Origin: Podarcis vaucheri
Lineage: Eukaryota
Assembly (NCBI GenBank): GCA_965113315.1
Contig: OZ220364.1
Length of the DNA: 64,000 nt
Strand: one strand, 5' to 3'
Shown here: positions 22,980-36,375 of the stretch, piece by piece
Numbering within the stretch: the stretch's first letter is position 1
Layout of the letters: the number at the start of each line of letters is the position of its first letter
Translations under genes and position numbers: made by a program
The notes under the pieces: generated by a model
Seen by the model: the letters and a program-made list of their open reading frames with translations, nothing else
Databases searched by the model: none
Told to the model about the DNA's origin: nothing

Positions 22980-23790
22980 CGCCTCATACCTTCCTGTTTT
23001 GCAAGGAACTGGCTCGCTGTTTTAGTACGTTTGGATCAGTAGTGTTAACAGATTTGTTTGCAGCGTACATCGCGCTAGGAATCTGCCAACCGGGGAAGGC
23101 AGGGAAACTGACGATCCTTTTCAGTAGAAGCACAAGCAATAAAATGCAGAGAGATCTGGAGCTGGGATAGGTTGTGGTATAAAGTAGTGATCGCGAGAAA
23201 GACTGCTTATATTTTAAATAGCAACCCGTATGAGCAAATGGGGAAAAAATGAAAGTGTTCTGCAAGATTGCAGGAGCGCGTGAATGTTCGCGTGCCGGAC
23301 TGTTGGTAGGAACTAAATATCTAGGTCATTGTTGTCGCACTTAATAGAGTCCCCCTGCGAGAAGGAGGAAGCCGTATCCGCTCTAGACTATGCAATTAGG
23401 GGAAAATGGCCTTCAGAAATGTGAAACTGTTTGATTTATGAGCCATAGGTAGGAAACAGCCGCATATGAGTTTAAGATGAAAAAGGACTAAGGCGTGAGA
23501 CTTTTCTTTCAGGACGGATCGGATTCTTCCTGCCTCTGATGGACTAGTTTTATAAGATGATCCGTCGTTCGCAGTAGGCGGCTCCATTCGACAATCCCAA
23601 AGTTTTCCTGCAAAGATAATTTTGTAACATGAGCTCTGCAGCAGAGGAAAAAGAGCTTCAGGAGCGACTGAGAGAAGCCGCTGCTTTGGGGGATGTTGAA
23701 GAAGTTCAGCGATTGGTGGAATGTGGCGTCAGTGTGAACTCTCAAAACGAAATCAACGGCTGGTGAGCATTTAGCAAGTGAATTGCATCG
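22980..23790 (+). promoter_or_regulatory. ANKRD40 promoter / 5' region (CpG-retaining)
   Basis: Many CpGs despite moderate GC; GATCGCGAGA (BANP-like) at 23189-23198; YY1-like AAAATGGCC at 23403-23411; directly upstream of the start codon. Confidence 0.55.
23629..23762 (+). CDS. ANKRD40: Ankyrin repeat domain 40, coding exon 1
   Basis: MSSAAEEKELQERLREAAALGDVEEVQRLVECGVSVNSQNEING(W)|gtgagc; 134 nt; ankyrin repeat. Confidence 0.95.
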
Positions 23791-25564
23791 GCAGCTTTTG
23801 GGCAATACCATACGTATTGGCATTTTCAGAGAGCGGTGTGTGGTAGACTTGGTTACGGAGTTTGGAGTGATATTTTAGAAGTCTTTTTCTTCTTGCTATT
23901 CATCCATTCTAAAATTCCTAAAATTCCTAAAAGGAGGGTCATTTGCTGTTACGTTTTATTGTGTTCAAAAGTTTATTTTAATCTTGTTAGCAGTGTCTAC
24001 ATCACACTGAAGAGATCTGTTTGTCTGCTTGTTAAATCACAAGTGCCTTTCTCTTTTGTTGGCTTTTGTGAGGTGAATCTCACATTTTAGCAATTATATT
24101 CTTATATTTCTAAAAGTTCTCATAAAGTAAAAGTTATCATTTTTTTGTAATATAAATTGAATGTATGGCCACTGTGCTTTCTTTTCTTCTACTCTTGTTG
24201 GTTGGTCTTATGGAAATTTATTGTGATTTTGGTGTGACATGAAGTTGCCTTGGAAAGGGAAGGAGTGAATTAGTGAGATTTGCATGTGGCACAAAATTGT
24301 TTTGAGATTTGTTCAGAGTAGAAGAATATAGCAAAACTTTGTCAGAATGATACAATGATAGATAACTGCACACTGGAGAGGGGAAAAAAACCTAACAATA
24401 TTAATGTAGTTATAAATTAATTGTTATTAATTAATATACCATCCTATACCCAGAGAATTATAGTACAGGACTGTACAGTAAACTATTGGCAATCTCAAAA
24501 TCAGTATTGTATACTAAATATGTTAGAAAATACAGAAAATTTAACATTGGTTAGAGTTATATGACTTCGTTGACCATTTAACAAAGTCTAATACTGCAGT
24601 ACAGTAGTCTCAAAATCAACCATATGGTTCTGAAAGTGAATAGCTTTATAATGGAAATGGTTTTTATTGGTAATGATCTGTGACCTTTTCTAGCAGAAGT
24701 AATATTTAAAAAAGAATCTTGAGAGCACAGTGAGATAAAATAAGTAGGAATGAACTAGGGTGACCAAGTGGCCTGCTTTAGAGAGGACAGGATTCTATTT
24801 GAAGGTGTCCCCCTCTGTTTGAAGGGCTGTCAAGTCCAAGTCTGGTTTAAAGATGAACCTGAATAAAGGAGGTTCTCCATCAACAACTGGACATCAGACA
24901 TATGGGTCACTTGATTGTAGTTGTCTCATCTAGACTGAGATGCATTGTATATATTTTAAATTATAGTAATTATTCTAAACCTGCATCAATGCATATACGT
25001 TATCATATGCAAATCTATGTCCTTTTCAATTATGCCTGCATACTTTTTTGGCACTGCATAACTGGGCACTATTTGTTGAACTGGAAAAAGCGTTGAATTT
25101 ACCGGTAGATTATAGAGACTTGGAATCGAATCCTTGCTCACTTAGGCATCTCACTGGATGGTCTTACACTCAGCATAACCTACTTTATTGGGTTGCTCTT
25201 AAGATAAAAATAGGATAACCTGATGTGTGCTGTCTTGAGCATCTTGGAAGAAAGAAGGTAGACAAATGCACTAAACAAAGAAATAGCAGATTTGCAGGAT
25301 AGTAGGGGGGCCATGCTTGTAAAGGTCAACATCACTATAGGCTTGCCCACACTTCTGCTTGTGCTGTACCTAGAAAGCATGGGTCCAAGCGGTTTTCTAG
25401 ACATGGGTTCAGTTTTCCCCTTGCCCTGTAGCAGGACGTGTAGATAAACCCTGAGTCTTGATTGGATGGCCCAGCTTCAGTTGCTTCAAAGGTGCAGAAG
25501 AATTACTTGTCCTCACTGGACATTGTTTGGAAAGAGGCAGGGTAATAAACCATACAGAGTTGCA

Positions 25565-27527
25565 ATAAGGCAAAACAAACAAATTAAGGGAATATCATTA
25601 GGTTTAAACGAATACAAAGTTAAAGCATACGCTGATGACGTGGTATTAACGGTAGAAGACCCTATAAATAGCATAAAGGGAATTCTGGAGGAGATGGAGG
25701 AATTCGGGAAATTAGCTGGATTCAAACTAAATAAGAATAAGACAAAGATGATCGTTAAAAACTTAGACCAAGATAAGATAGAATCATTACAGGAACAAAC
25801 GGGAATTGAAGCAGTTAAAAAAGTTAAATATTTAGGACTCTGGCTTACTGAAAAAAATATTGACCTATACCAAAATAATTACATCCCGGTGTGGAATGAA
25901 ATTAAGAAAAATCTGGAGATTTGGGCAAGAATGAAATTATCACTCTGGGGAAGAGTGTCCATGGTCAAGATGATGGTACTCCCCAAAATGCTTTTTCTAT
26001 TCCAAACGATTCCGATAATAAAGGGCATAAAAAACTTTAAAGAATGGCAAAGGGTGATTTCTAAATTTGTCTGGGAAGGAAAGAAGCCCAGAATTAAGTT
26101 TAAGACATTAACAGATATTACTGAAAGAGGGGGCTTCGCCCTACCAGACATGAGACTGTACTACGAAGCGGCATGCCTATGCTGGATTAAAGAATGGATA
26201 AAGTTGGAGGATACAGAGCTATTGGATTTAGAAGGGTATAAGAACAAATTCGGATGGCATGCCTACTTGTGGAAAGATAAGATAAAAGTACATAAGGGAT
26301 TTTGCAGCCATATCTTTAAGGGACCTCTGATAGAAGTTTGGAACAGATATAAGAACATACTAGAACCAAAAACCCCACACTGGTTATCACCAGTGGAGTT
26401 AATAAGTGTAAAGAAAGTCAATATGGGGAAAAAATGGGGTAGGTACGAAGAATTGGTATTGAAGGAAGGAGGGAAGTGGAAAATTAAACCATACGACCAG
26501 GTAAAAAGATATACATACGATTGGCTGAGTTACTATCAAATAAATGAAATATTTAAAAAAGAAGTGAAGGAGAGGGGCTATGATGAAAAGACATCGAAAT
26601 TTCAGAAAGAGATAATAAATTGTGATCGGAAAAATCTGTCAAGTATGTATAAAATATTGTTAGAATGGAATATGAAAGATGAGAAAGTTAAAAAAGTGAT
26701 GACTCAGTGGACAAAGGACCTCGGATATGATATTCAATTGGAAAAGTGGGAGAAATTGTGGAGAGTGAATATAAAATTTACAGCATGTGTACTGCTAAGG
26801 GAGAATATGTTAAAAATGTTATATAGGTGGTATATAACACCCGTTAAACTAGCCAAGATGTATAAAACAGATAACAAATGTTGGAAATGTAGACAAAAAG
26901 AAGGGACGTTCTATCACCAATGGTGGGAATGTGGGAAGATTAAAAGCTTTTGGGACGAAGTCTATAATGAAATCAAAAAGATTTTAAGCTATACATTTGT
27001 AAAGAAACCCGAAGCTTTTCTACTAGGTATGGTTGGAAAAGATATCAAAAGAAAGGATTGTAAAATCTTCCAATATGCGGTAACAGCAGCTAGAATGGTG
27101 ATAGCGCAGAAGTGGAAGCAGGAAGAAAGCCCAACGTTAACAGAGTGGAGATTAAAATTGACGGAATATGCGGAGTTAGATAAATTAACAGGGAAAATTA
27201 GATATATGAAGGATCAAAAATTTATAGATGACTGGGGAAAATTTGCGGACTATCTGGAGAACAAATGTTTAGTAAACACAACACTAGCAGGATTTAAAGA
27301 GGCACTGTAAAACACTAAGAAGTATTGCTTATGGAAAACAATGTTTGAAAGATGGTACTAATGGCAGTACGAAAGACTGGAATGCGTTATTAAGAGATAA
27401 ATACGAATGAATGTCAAGGACGTTGAAGGAAGTCCAAAAGAATGAGATGTATGAAACAAGGATTTAATGTATATACATGGAAAGATCAATAAAAAATTTT
27501 TAAAATGCAAAAAAAAAAAAAAAAAAA
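25565..27527 (+). mobile_element. 5'-truncated L1-clade LINE (ORF2 RT C-terminal part, Cys-rich domain, 3' UTR, poly(A)) in ANKRD40 intron 1
   Basis: Stop-free frame to 27310 with AYADD, YLG, GGFALPD and CWKC-x7-H-x4-C; AATAAA at 27488; A20 run at 27509-27528; TSD AGAGTTGCA at 25556-25564 and 27528-27536. Confidence 0.95.
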
Positions 27528-28343
27528 AGAGTTGCAGGAGGAGGTCTCCTCTGCCCCACTGGAGCTTTAATTATCACCATTCCTCATATTTACATAGTCA
27601 ATTAGTGTGTGTGGATCCTTTTGTAGTCACCCTGGTGCCATCTGCACACAACAGCAGACTATGGGAAACCCCCAAGGTTTGCAGACATACAAAAGGAAAA
27701 AAGTTCTGTGCCTTTTTATCCAAATCACCCCAAATACACTAGACTTGAACACGAGAATTCTGTTTACGAAGGTATTGCCAGACTGTGGATTTGGGTATAT
27801 GCAAGACTGCCTTTATCAAAGCAGTAGTTTGCTGTTACACTGAGATGTTGTTTGGAGGGGGAGGAAATAAATGTTTTGTATTTATACCTTGTCAACTTAA
27901 GTAAATTAGGTAATTGCATTAAATCAGTGAAATCCTTTCTAAAAATGGGTTTGGGCTTGTTTGTTTTTCCAGGAAGGGGAAATGTGCCTCAAATCTTAAT
28001 TCAGTTGTTGTTGTTTTTAAGTATGCCCCAGATATTGGAAGTTTAGAGTGTGGGCTCATCTCTTTGGCCTTGCTGCTAGAGAACTGCATGTGAAAGCTGT
28101 GAAACTAGAAGTACTGTAATGAACTTTGAAGCGCTGTGATTTGCAATAGGGAAGGATTCTGCCAGTAGGTGTCACTATAGGAATGTGTAAGAAATATAAA
28201 AAATCTGTAAGAATAGCAAAACTGCTCAGCTTAAGGTAGGCTGTCATATTTTTTCAACGGATATAGTACATCAGTTTTTATTTTTATTTAATGTAGTGTG
28301 TTTGCACCCCCCCAAACTTAGCTGTTACATTTGCCTTGTGCAG

Positions 28344-28492
28344 GACTTGCTTGCACTGGGCCTGCAAACGGAACCATGCTCAAGTGGTATCGTACTTGCT
28401 ACATGCTGGCGCTGATAAGGACGCCCTGACTGTTAAAGAAGAAACACCAGCCCAGTTAACATCAAAGAGGGAAATTAGGAAGATGCTGGGAG
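28344..28492 (+). CDS. ANKRD40: ANKRD40 exon 2
   Basis: cag|TCLHWACKRNHAQVVSYLLHAGADKDALTVKEETPAQLTSKREIRKMLG|gtaaaa; 149 nt; ankyrin TxLH motif. Confidence 0.96.
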
Positions 28493-29001
28493 GTAAAATG
28501 ATCGGTTGATACTAATAACTGTCAAAAATATTTTGGTGCCAAAGGGAATCCATAATGATTCAATGAAGATGAAACAGTATGATCTTCCTGCCCTTGTAAC
28601 TTTCTCCCCCAACTCTCCTTTAATCCTTTCACTAGAATCAGCATTGATGTGTACAGATACTGATTTGGAAAAAGGAAGACTGTAACCATCAAAAATTGAT
28701 TGCTGAACTTTGACTTGGTTAAAAATGTAGCCCCTCGTTAATCCCAGGTGGGGATGTGCAGGGATAATTTTTGTGACATTTAATTTAATATTTAACCGCA
28801 TAATAGAAGTATCAAATGATTGCATTTTATTATAGCGTTAGAAATGCTTAATTTATTTTTATGTGCACAATGTAATTTTAACATGTACAGCTAGCTTAGC
28901 AGTGCTAGTTCAGTTTCTTTCTCCCCTGCTGGGTTACTCACCAAACCTCTGTATGTTTAGTTGGAAATTGCCTTTATTTAGAGCTATTCTTTATTTTGCA
29001 G

Positions 29002-29481
29002 TGGAAGATGCTGAGGAGCTTCCGGATGAGAAGAAAGATTCCGCCTTGCCCATTATCCCCAATTACTTGGCTAACCCACCTTTCCCTTATGTGTATAACT
29101 CCATGAGTAGCAGCACTACCAGCACCTCAGCTTCCTCTTTGAATGGAAGACTTTCCCCTTCCTTAGAACAGCACAATGAAGACTGCCCCATTTCTTTACC
29201 TCAAGTTCAGGCACCTGGCACTGCCATGTTGCAACATGAAAAGCTTTCCCCTCTGGGGTCCAATGGGGACATGACAAGGGCAATGGCAGCGGAATCCCCA
29301 GAGCCTGCAGTCCAGAATGGTCACGGTCACCAGATGCCTCTTCCTCCAAACAGGACGCTCTCTTCCCCTGTTGCAGCTAATCAGCCTGAAACACAGCCAC
29401 CAAATGGTTCCTGTGCTGGACCTGTCCCAACATTTCAGCCCTTTTTCTTCACCGGAACATTCCCCCTTAGTAACATGCAAG
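29002..29481 (+). CDS. ANKRD40: ANKRD40 exon 3 (low-complexity linker)
   Basis: VEDAEELPDEKKDSALPIIPNYLANPPFPY...PTFQPFFFTGTFPLSNMQ|gtaacc; 480 nt, phase 1-1. Confidence 0.94.
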
Positions 29482-30132
29482 GTAACCTCAGCTGTTAAGC
29501 TTTCAAGATAGCTTAGTGCTGCCTTTTGGTGAAAACAATTAGAATAAAAACTGTGTGTAGATTGAACAGAAATTGGACAAGATAACAAATCAATTAGCGC
29601 AGAGTTTGGTTTGGTTTATAATCTTCCTTGGTCAGAAGTCCCTTCCTGAATTTTCTGTCACTTCATACAACCCAGTGGTCAAGAAAGTGATCCCTAAATG
29701 AAATCCCACAAAGTTTCTGGGGGAGTTGTCTAGCTGCCTGGGAAACAGTCGCATAAGCACTAATCAGACATTTGTCTGAAGGTGTACAGAAGAGGGAAGG
29801 CGGCCCTAACTAACCACTATGTGCATTCAATGTAATGTCTGGAAAATCTATGGGGAGATAAAACTGTGTGTAGGCTGTGTCTGCACAATTTATATATCTG
29901 TCAAACAGGCAGAGTCCTCGAATCACATGGGAAGAGCCTACATATGGCAATTATTTCCAGACATGTTATCAAATGTGCTTGCGTGAGCCCAATCATGATC
30001 ACTGCCCCAGGCACATTCATATGAGCGTTGAATAGTGCTAAATTATTCCCTCTCACACCAAGCAGAGGATGGTCACTACTGTGGATTTACAGAACTCATA
30101 CCCATTGCCTATTGATTATATAAGTGGCAGTA

Positions 30133-30377
30133 CAGTCATACCTCGGGTTGAAGTAGCTTCAAGATAAGTATTTTCGGGTTGCGCGCTGCGGCGACCCAGA
30201 AGTAACGGAGGGCGTTACTTCCAGGTTTCACCGCTCGTGCATGTGCAGACGGTCAAAATGACGTGACGCGCATGTGCAGCAGCAGCAAATTGCGATCCGC
30301 GCACACAGGTTGCGTTCACTTCTGGATGCGAACGGGGCTCCAGAATGGATCCCGTTCCGCACCCAGAGGTACCACCG
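30133..30377. mobile_element. Related Tc1/mariner MITE (CAGTCATACC end)
   Basis: TA|CAGTCATACCTCGGGTTG...ACCCAGAGGTACCACCG|TA. Confidence 0.75.
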
Positions 30378-31594
30378 TATATTTTAGTAGTAGAAATTAC
30401 TCCTTATGTTACGAAACTAAATGGATTCTATATCCCCCTGCCAAATCAATTCACTGTTTTTGTTTGGCCTATTGCAGATATAGAAAAATTGATTTATTGA
30501 AGTTGTTATTCCTGAGCTCTAAATGATAGTGTATCATTAGAGGTACCATAGATTCCTCTTTCCCCACAAACAATAATGCTTATTTGCCTTAATTGCTGTT
30601 GCTTAAATTGAATGCGTATCTAGGCATATTACCGAAGTAGTAGTATTTATTCCATTGTTTTGGGCCTTCAAAACCTTATTGAGGCAACTTACAGTGCAAA
30701 AATACTCAAGGCTGGTTCTTTATGCTAAAGGCAGAGATAGCATGGCCATGAGGAGGGTTATATCCCTGCTTTTTTTCTGCCGCTGCTAGGCAGCTCTGCA
30801 AGCATCAAACAATAGTAGACTTGGCCCACATTTTCTGATGGAAGCCCTGATACTCATGCAGGCCCCATGAGAGCAACCACCCAAAGCTGAACTGTGAAAA
30901 GATGCAGATTTGCTGTTACATGATGACAGCGGAAATGTGTTTTATGGCTGCACCTGCATATTCAAGGACCTTGTCAATTGCCTGCCTCTCTCTCTCTCTC
31001 TCTCCCTCCCCCTCTCCCCCTGCCCGCCCCCCCCAACTCGAGGGTTTCATGTGATGGCAGGTTTGGTCTAGCACGGGCTGGGGAAGCTTTTTCAGCTTAA
31101 TGGTTACATTATATTCTGGACCACATTCCAGTGGTGGGCAGGGCCTGGGGAAAAGTGGGCAGATCAAGAATGTAAATGCTACCTTTGTATAGTAGGTAAG
31201 TGTGTCTACTCACACACACCTTGCTCTACGCAGACAGTTGAAGGAGACTATGCAGCCAGGCAAATACACTTGAGGAAGGTGGCAAGCAGGGCTGAGGAGC
31301 ATTCTGAGGCTCAGATAGAGGTCTGGAGGGCTGAAGCTCTCCATATCTAGTCCAGGAGCCTCATTGCTACTCCATGGCAAGCATCACGTTGAAGTTGTTA
31401 TTATTATTCATTTATTAAATTTGTATACCGCCCTATACCCGCAAGTTGCAGGGCGGTCCACAAGTTAGAAAATGGGATTGCCAAAAGGGAAACAAGGCAA
31501 CTTCTTGAAATTTAATTACTACCCAATAACATTTGCCAAGTGCTTATTATTAATGCTCCTAACAATTGTGGTTGTGTGTGTCTTTTAAAATTAG

Positions 31595-31776
31595 AACTGG
31601 TGCTTAAGGTCCGAGTTCAGAACCGTACTCTAAAAGAGAACGATTTCATTGAAATTGAACTGGATCGGCAAGAACTGACTTACAAAGAATTGCTCAGAGT
31701 AAGCTGCTGTGAGCTGGGGGTTAACCCGGAACACGTGGAGAAAATAAGGAAACTTCCAAATACAGTATTGAGAAAG
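31595..31776 (+). CDS. ANKRD40: ANKRD40 exon 4
   Basis: ELVLKVRVQNRTLKENDFIEIELDRQELTYKELLRVSCCELGVNPEHVEKIRKLPNTVLRK|gtaaga; 182 nt. Confidence 0.96.
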
Positions 31777-32399
31777 GTAAGATCCTTATTCTGTCCTCGT
31801 TCCTCTGTTACTTTTTTAATTCTTTTTCTTTTGCTGATGCCAGACCTGTAGAATGACGCATGAAGCTGAATGCAGTCCAGTGGCTATATCTGATTCGTGT
31901 TTCATAACTTCCCTAGGTTTGAACCCTGGGGAAAGCAGCAAAGGCTGGAGACTTTTTGCTTGACCAGGGTTTTCGCCTGACATACTGCATTTAGCCTGGG
32001 TTCTGCAGGCCTGTTTTATGCATTTAAGAGATTGTGTGGTGGGGTGCTTAAGATATCTGTATTATTTCCCGAGACTTTTAAATCAGAAGTATGGTAGTAG
32101 CATTTCAGCAGTGTAACTCTGCCTGGACAAGAATAGGTCACTTAAGTGTGTAGACAATAGATTAATTGATGGGTCTTATTTCTCCCGCAGTGATCAGTTT
32201 AGATTTTGGAGTTCATATTTGACACTGGCATTTTGGTGCTAATGCTAATGTCAAATTTTGGTGCCGGAGCAGATTTCTGTGTCAATAAGACTTTGTTATA
32301 TTCTAAATATCAATTTAGAAAATCGGTGCAATGATGGAAATTGGATACTCCAATAAAAATGACTAAAAGTCAAAAGCACTGGGCGCAAAGATTCAGTGG

Positions 32400-32401
<2 letters not shown>

Positions 32402-32432
<31 letters not shown>
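32402..32432. repeat. (CT)n microsatellite
   Basis: About 15 units. Confidence 0.95.
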
Positions 32433-32438
<6 letters not shown>

Positions 32439-33559
32439 TGTTGAATTTTTGGTTGCATTTCATTGCTAATGAGTAGGACAACTATGTTCCCACTCCAGGT
32501 CTTTTTAAAATTTCAGTCCATGCAGGAGGGAGTTTTGTGTGTGCAGAATGGCAGCAAGCCATGTGCAAACCTGCACTGCATGTTGCATGTTATGTGCAAG
32601 AGGATTTACCACCTGTGTAGTTTGATACTGGAAGTTCCTGTTCACAGATGTAGGTATAGATATTCAAAGGGTTGGAGAAACATACACATCCAAATGCACA
32701 CAATCTATATATTCTCATTTGCCCCTGCTCAGGGCAGGTGAAGATAAGGGTTTTCCATCCCCAAGTAATGTAATGGAAATCTGTCCTGATACAACTTCTG
32801 AGGCCACTATGTGTGACTTTTCTTTCTGAGGTTCTTATTTAAGTAGGTTTTGCACATAGCTACATCTAGATGTGGGCCAGTGGCTTTCAGCTGCATACCT
32901 GAGAACTGGAATTGGACCCAAAGTTATTCAGCATCACTGCTTCTGTGTCTCTGACATTGGTTATACCAGCTTCTGATTCCTTTTGCAGTTGCAGTTTAGT
33001 ATAACCCTTAGGTTAGGACTGGGCATCACACACAGTCTGTAAACCACATGGATTCAAAGCGTCTTAGAGTTTAGAGTTGGAAGGAAACTTGGACGTTTTT
33101 GGTCCAACCTCAATGTGCTGGATGCAGCTACAGCATCCCTGACAGATGGCCATATGATGCTTGGTGTGCCATGCATGTTAGAATCTTGACAATTCAAGGA
33201 ATTGAGTTGTCTCCCTGGATTCTCCCTGAGGCCAGTACAAGATGCTAACTTCAGAATTTGCAGGTCAGAATAGTTTAGGTTTTTTCTGTCTTCCATACAA
33301 TAACTTATTTGCACAACTGCTGGGCACATCACCTCCGTGCTAGCTAACGGTGAGCTGCTGTAGTCACACGCATGACCAATCTTCTTGCCTACCAGCTGTA
33401 GTATCTGCTGTAGTATCTCCTGTTGCAGTCCGAATGCCCAGCTTGCTCACTCTTTTCCTAGATTTTTTGTTTCGGGTGCTCCACCCCACATAAACATTTG
33501 CTTTGAGTTAAGTGCGCTGATTTCCCCTCTGTTGTGTTTGCAGTTCAGATTGTAAAATC

Positions 33560-33860
33560 TTAGCGCACTCATCATTGCTTTTTCCAAGCTGTTAATAAAA
33601 ATGCTCACTAGTGCTGGTCCAGGGCAGATCCCTGTGGAACGTCATTTAGCTCCCCAATTCAAACAATAGCAATCCACTAATAGCTACTCTGGCTGAAATC
33701 CACAGCATGCTGGAACATCTTGTGTGTAGCTTCCCAGCCAAAAGTACACCTGCCTCATGGCAGCATGTTCCAATTCACCCTTCTCCAATTTACTTGTAAG
33801 AGTAGCATATGGAACATTATCAAAAGCCCTGCTGGAATTGAGATATTTTATCCATTTGGT
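33560..33860 (-). mobile_element. Old CR1 reverse-transcriptase fragment
   Basis: YLNSSRAFDNVPYATLTSKLEKGEL...WLGSYTQ matches the CR1 YLDFSKAFDxVPH..LxxKL..WL..RTQ pattern; remnant of VPQGSxLGP follows. Confidence 0.7.
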
Positions 33861-36228
33861 TCCTTTTACTAAAGCCAATTATCCTGCTGGAGTAATAACC
33901 CAGGCTGGCTTTCATTTTCTCAAAAATATTGGCAGCTAATAACCAAGACCCATTCCTTCAGATATTTATTATAATTTATGATTATTCAAGCTTTCATACT
34001 ATGTTCAGGGTAATTATAACGGTATCATCTTCCCCCAACCTGCATTAACGGATACTACAGTTCTTACACCAACATTTCTTGACGTCAGTGGGACTATCCT
34101 GCAGTACACATGTTGCCCACAGCAGTCTTCATAAGCATCCAATCCCTTGTGAATGTTTCATATCTGTAGTTTTAAACCTTACGTTTTAAATAAAGAACGC
34201 CTTCTGAAAAGAGATGCTTAAAAAGAAAAAGCCCTCTTAGAATTGGAATCTCTGCCTGCCCTCCTCATCATGATAGAATGAGTGGACTTTTCCTGTGCAA
34301 ATAATACAAGATCAAGATATTCCCGCGCTATTCACTAGTCACCATAACCCAGGCAAGTCCAAAGTCCGTTTTAGGGGCCTAATCCGGCCCGCTGGTCAGT
34401 TTAATCCGGCTGTGATCCACTTTAGTGCTAGGTGATCAAATAGGAAGCACTGCCTTTCCCCCCATTTTACAATGTGGTACTGTCTGCTTTATTTTTGTAG
34501 CCTGGCATGGTGGACTTAATTTTGTTGATGTAGATGTTTCAGATACCTGTGCTCTCAGTTGCTCTAGCCAAGCTGAACTGAATTGGAGCACAAATCCTCT
34601 TAAAGGCTCTGGCTCCCAATCCAGTTATACAGATGTAGCCCTGGTCAAATCAATCAACTCTAGCCCCCGCTGCCTCCTCTGGAACATCTGATTGGCATTC
34701 TCGCTGATTTCCTGATGGGACGACGTATATGGAGTCCCAACAGGAGGGGAACTGCATTCATATTGATAACCCTTAGCTGGTTCAAAGTACTTTGCCAGCA
34801 AGCAACATTGTCAGAATAGGCATTTTAGCTTGGATTTTTTAAGAAAAGCAAAATTCATTCCAGGTTTCTAAAGGGAACTTTTCGTTTATCTGTTTTGAAA
34901 ACTTTTTGAACGGTTCAATTAAAAAAAAGTGAGCGGTGTACATAGAATAATATATAATAATAATAATATTCACACTCTGTGGCAAGGATATAGCACAAAT
35001 TATGCACTCATTCTCCTTCACACATGCAGATAGCAACATAGTTGGAGAAGGCACACTTTCTCCTATTTAATGCAAATAGATTTGGATAGAAAGTAAAGGC
35101 TTCACTTGAACAATGGCTGCCCACAAGCATTAACTCCCTGTTGTACTCTGTTTGAGCTTATGTCTCTCTGGCAAACTAAGACTGTAATCTTATGCACACC
35201 TGCCTGTAAGTAAGTTTCAATGTGTACCATAATACTTATTTCTGAGAAAGCATGCATAAGTTTGCACTGATAGTCTGAAAATCCATTTTTGCAGCATTAA
35301 AAGTGGTAACCCTTTGGTTTGCTGTATTTCTAGAAGACTCAAGCTATAGCATAAGAAATTTCTTAATCTCTTAGCAATCTCCATGTAAAGACCCTCACAG
35401 AGCATAGGCTGGCAAGAACACATGGAGAATCAAGTCATAGGTCCAAGAATAAAACATTGGGTTGGATCCAAACTGTTTGTTGAAGATAACTCTCATTGAT
35501 TTCAATATCAACTATGATTGATTTTTCACACTGGTTTCAATGGGACAACTGCAACTAAATTGCTCTGGATCTATCATCAACAGTAATCATTTATAAAACA
35601 CTGCTAACGAGTCCTACCACCAGAACCCCTACAAGTACTTCTGCTAGCACAACAAGGCTTTCCCCCCATCTGCACTCCCCATAACCCCACAAATAGGCAG
35701 AGGATGTTGGGAGAACACCTGAAACAGCATGGCAGCAGAGGAGAGGGCAGATTTCTCTGTCAGCACAAGTATTTCTGTTTGCCTGATGAAACAACTTCTT
35801 AGTGCTATGTTGAGTTCATCCCTTAAAATCTACTAAGTGCTGTGTACAAATTAAAAGGAAGACAGTCTCTGTTGGTAGGCTTACAGTCTAAAAGACACAG
35901 CACAAAAGGAAATGGGGATGGGAAGGGCAGAGCATGCAAACTCAAAACACCATTTCTTAAAGTTAACGAAGTTCTTAATAATGATCAGCTTGAATGAAAA
36001 CAGTTCAGGGAGGAGAGGAACCAAAAGGGCAACTGGTTTCTCAGCCCAGGCAATGGCGTGGATCCTGTTGTCCAGTTTCTCTTTCCTGCAGTCAGTTGGA
36101 ACATCAAAATTAAATATGCAAGATGTAGCACAACACAAAGGTGAGCCGAAATCGTTGCATCATTTGGACTAGCATGCCTCTTATTAGTATAGACATCATT
36201 TTTAATTTATTCTGTTTATTTCTTTCAG

Positions 36229-36375
36229 GACAAAGATGTATCAAGGCTTCAGGATTTCCAAGAACTGGAGCTGGTTTTGACGATGAGTGATAATGACTTT
36301 CTGTTTAGAAATGCTGCACCAACGTTAACTGAAAGGCCTTGTTACAATAAGAAAGCATCAAAGTTGACTTACTAG
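36229..36375 (+). CDS. ANKRD40: ANKRD40 exon 5 (terminal)
   Basis: DKDVSRLQDFQELELVLTMSDNDFLFRNAAPTLTERPCYNKKASKLTY*; total CDS 1092 nt = 363 aa + stop. Confidence 0.96.
   Translation, partial: DKDVSRLQDFQELELVLTMSDNDFLFRNAAPTLTERPCYNKKASKLTY

Noticed and set aside
25466-27310. 614-aa ORF as a standalone host gene or novel reverse-transcriptase system
   Set aside because: TSD, poly(A) tail and 5' truncation identify a retrotransposed L1 copy; endonuclease and early RT motifs are missing
28863-29498. 211-aa ORF as an independent gene
   Set aside because: It is ANKRD40 exon 3 plus open intronic flanks
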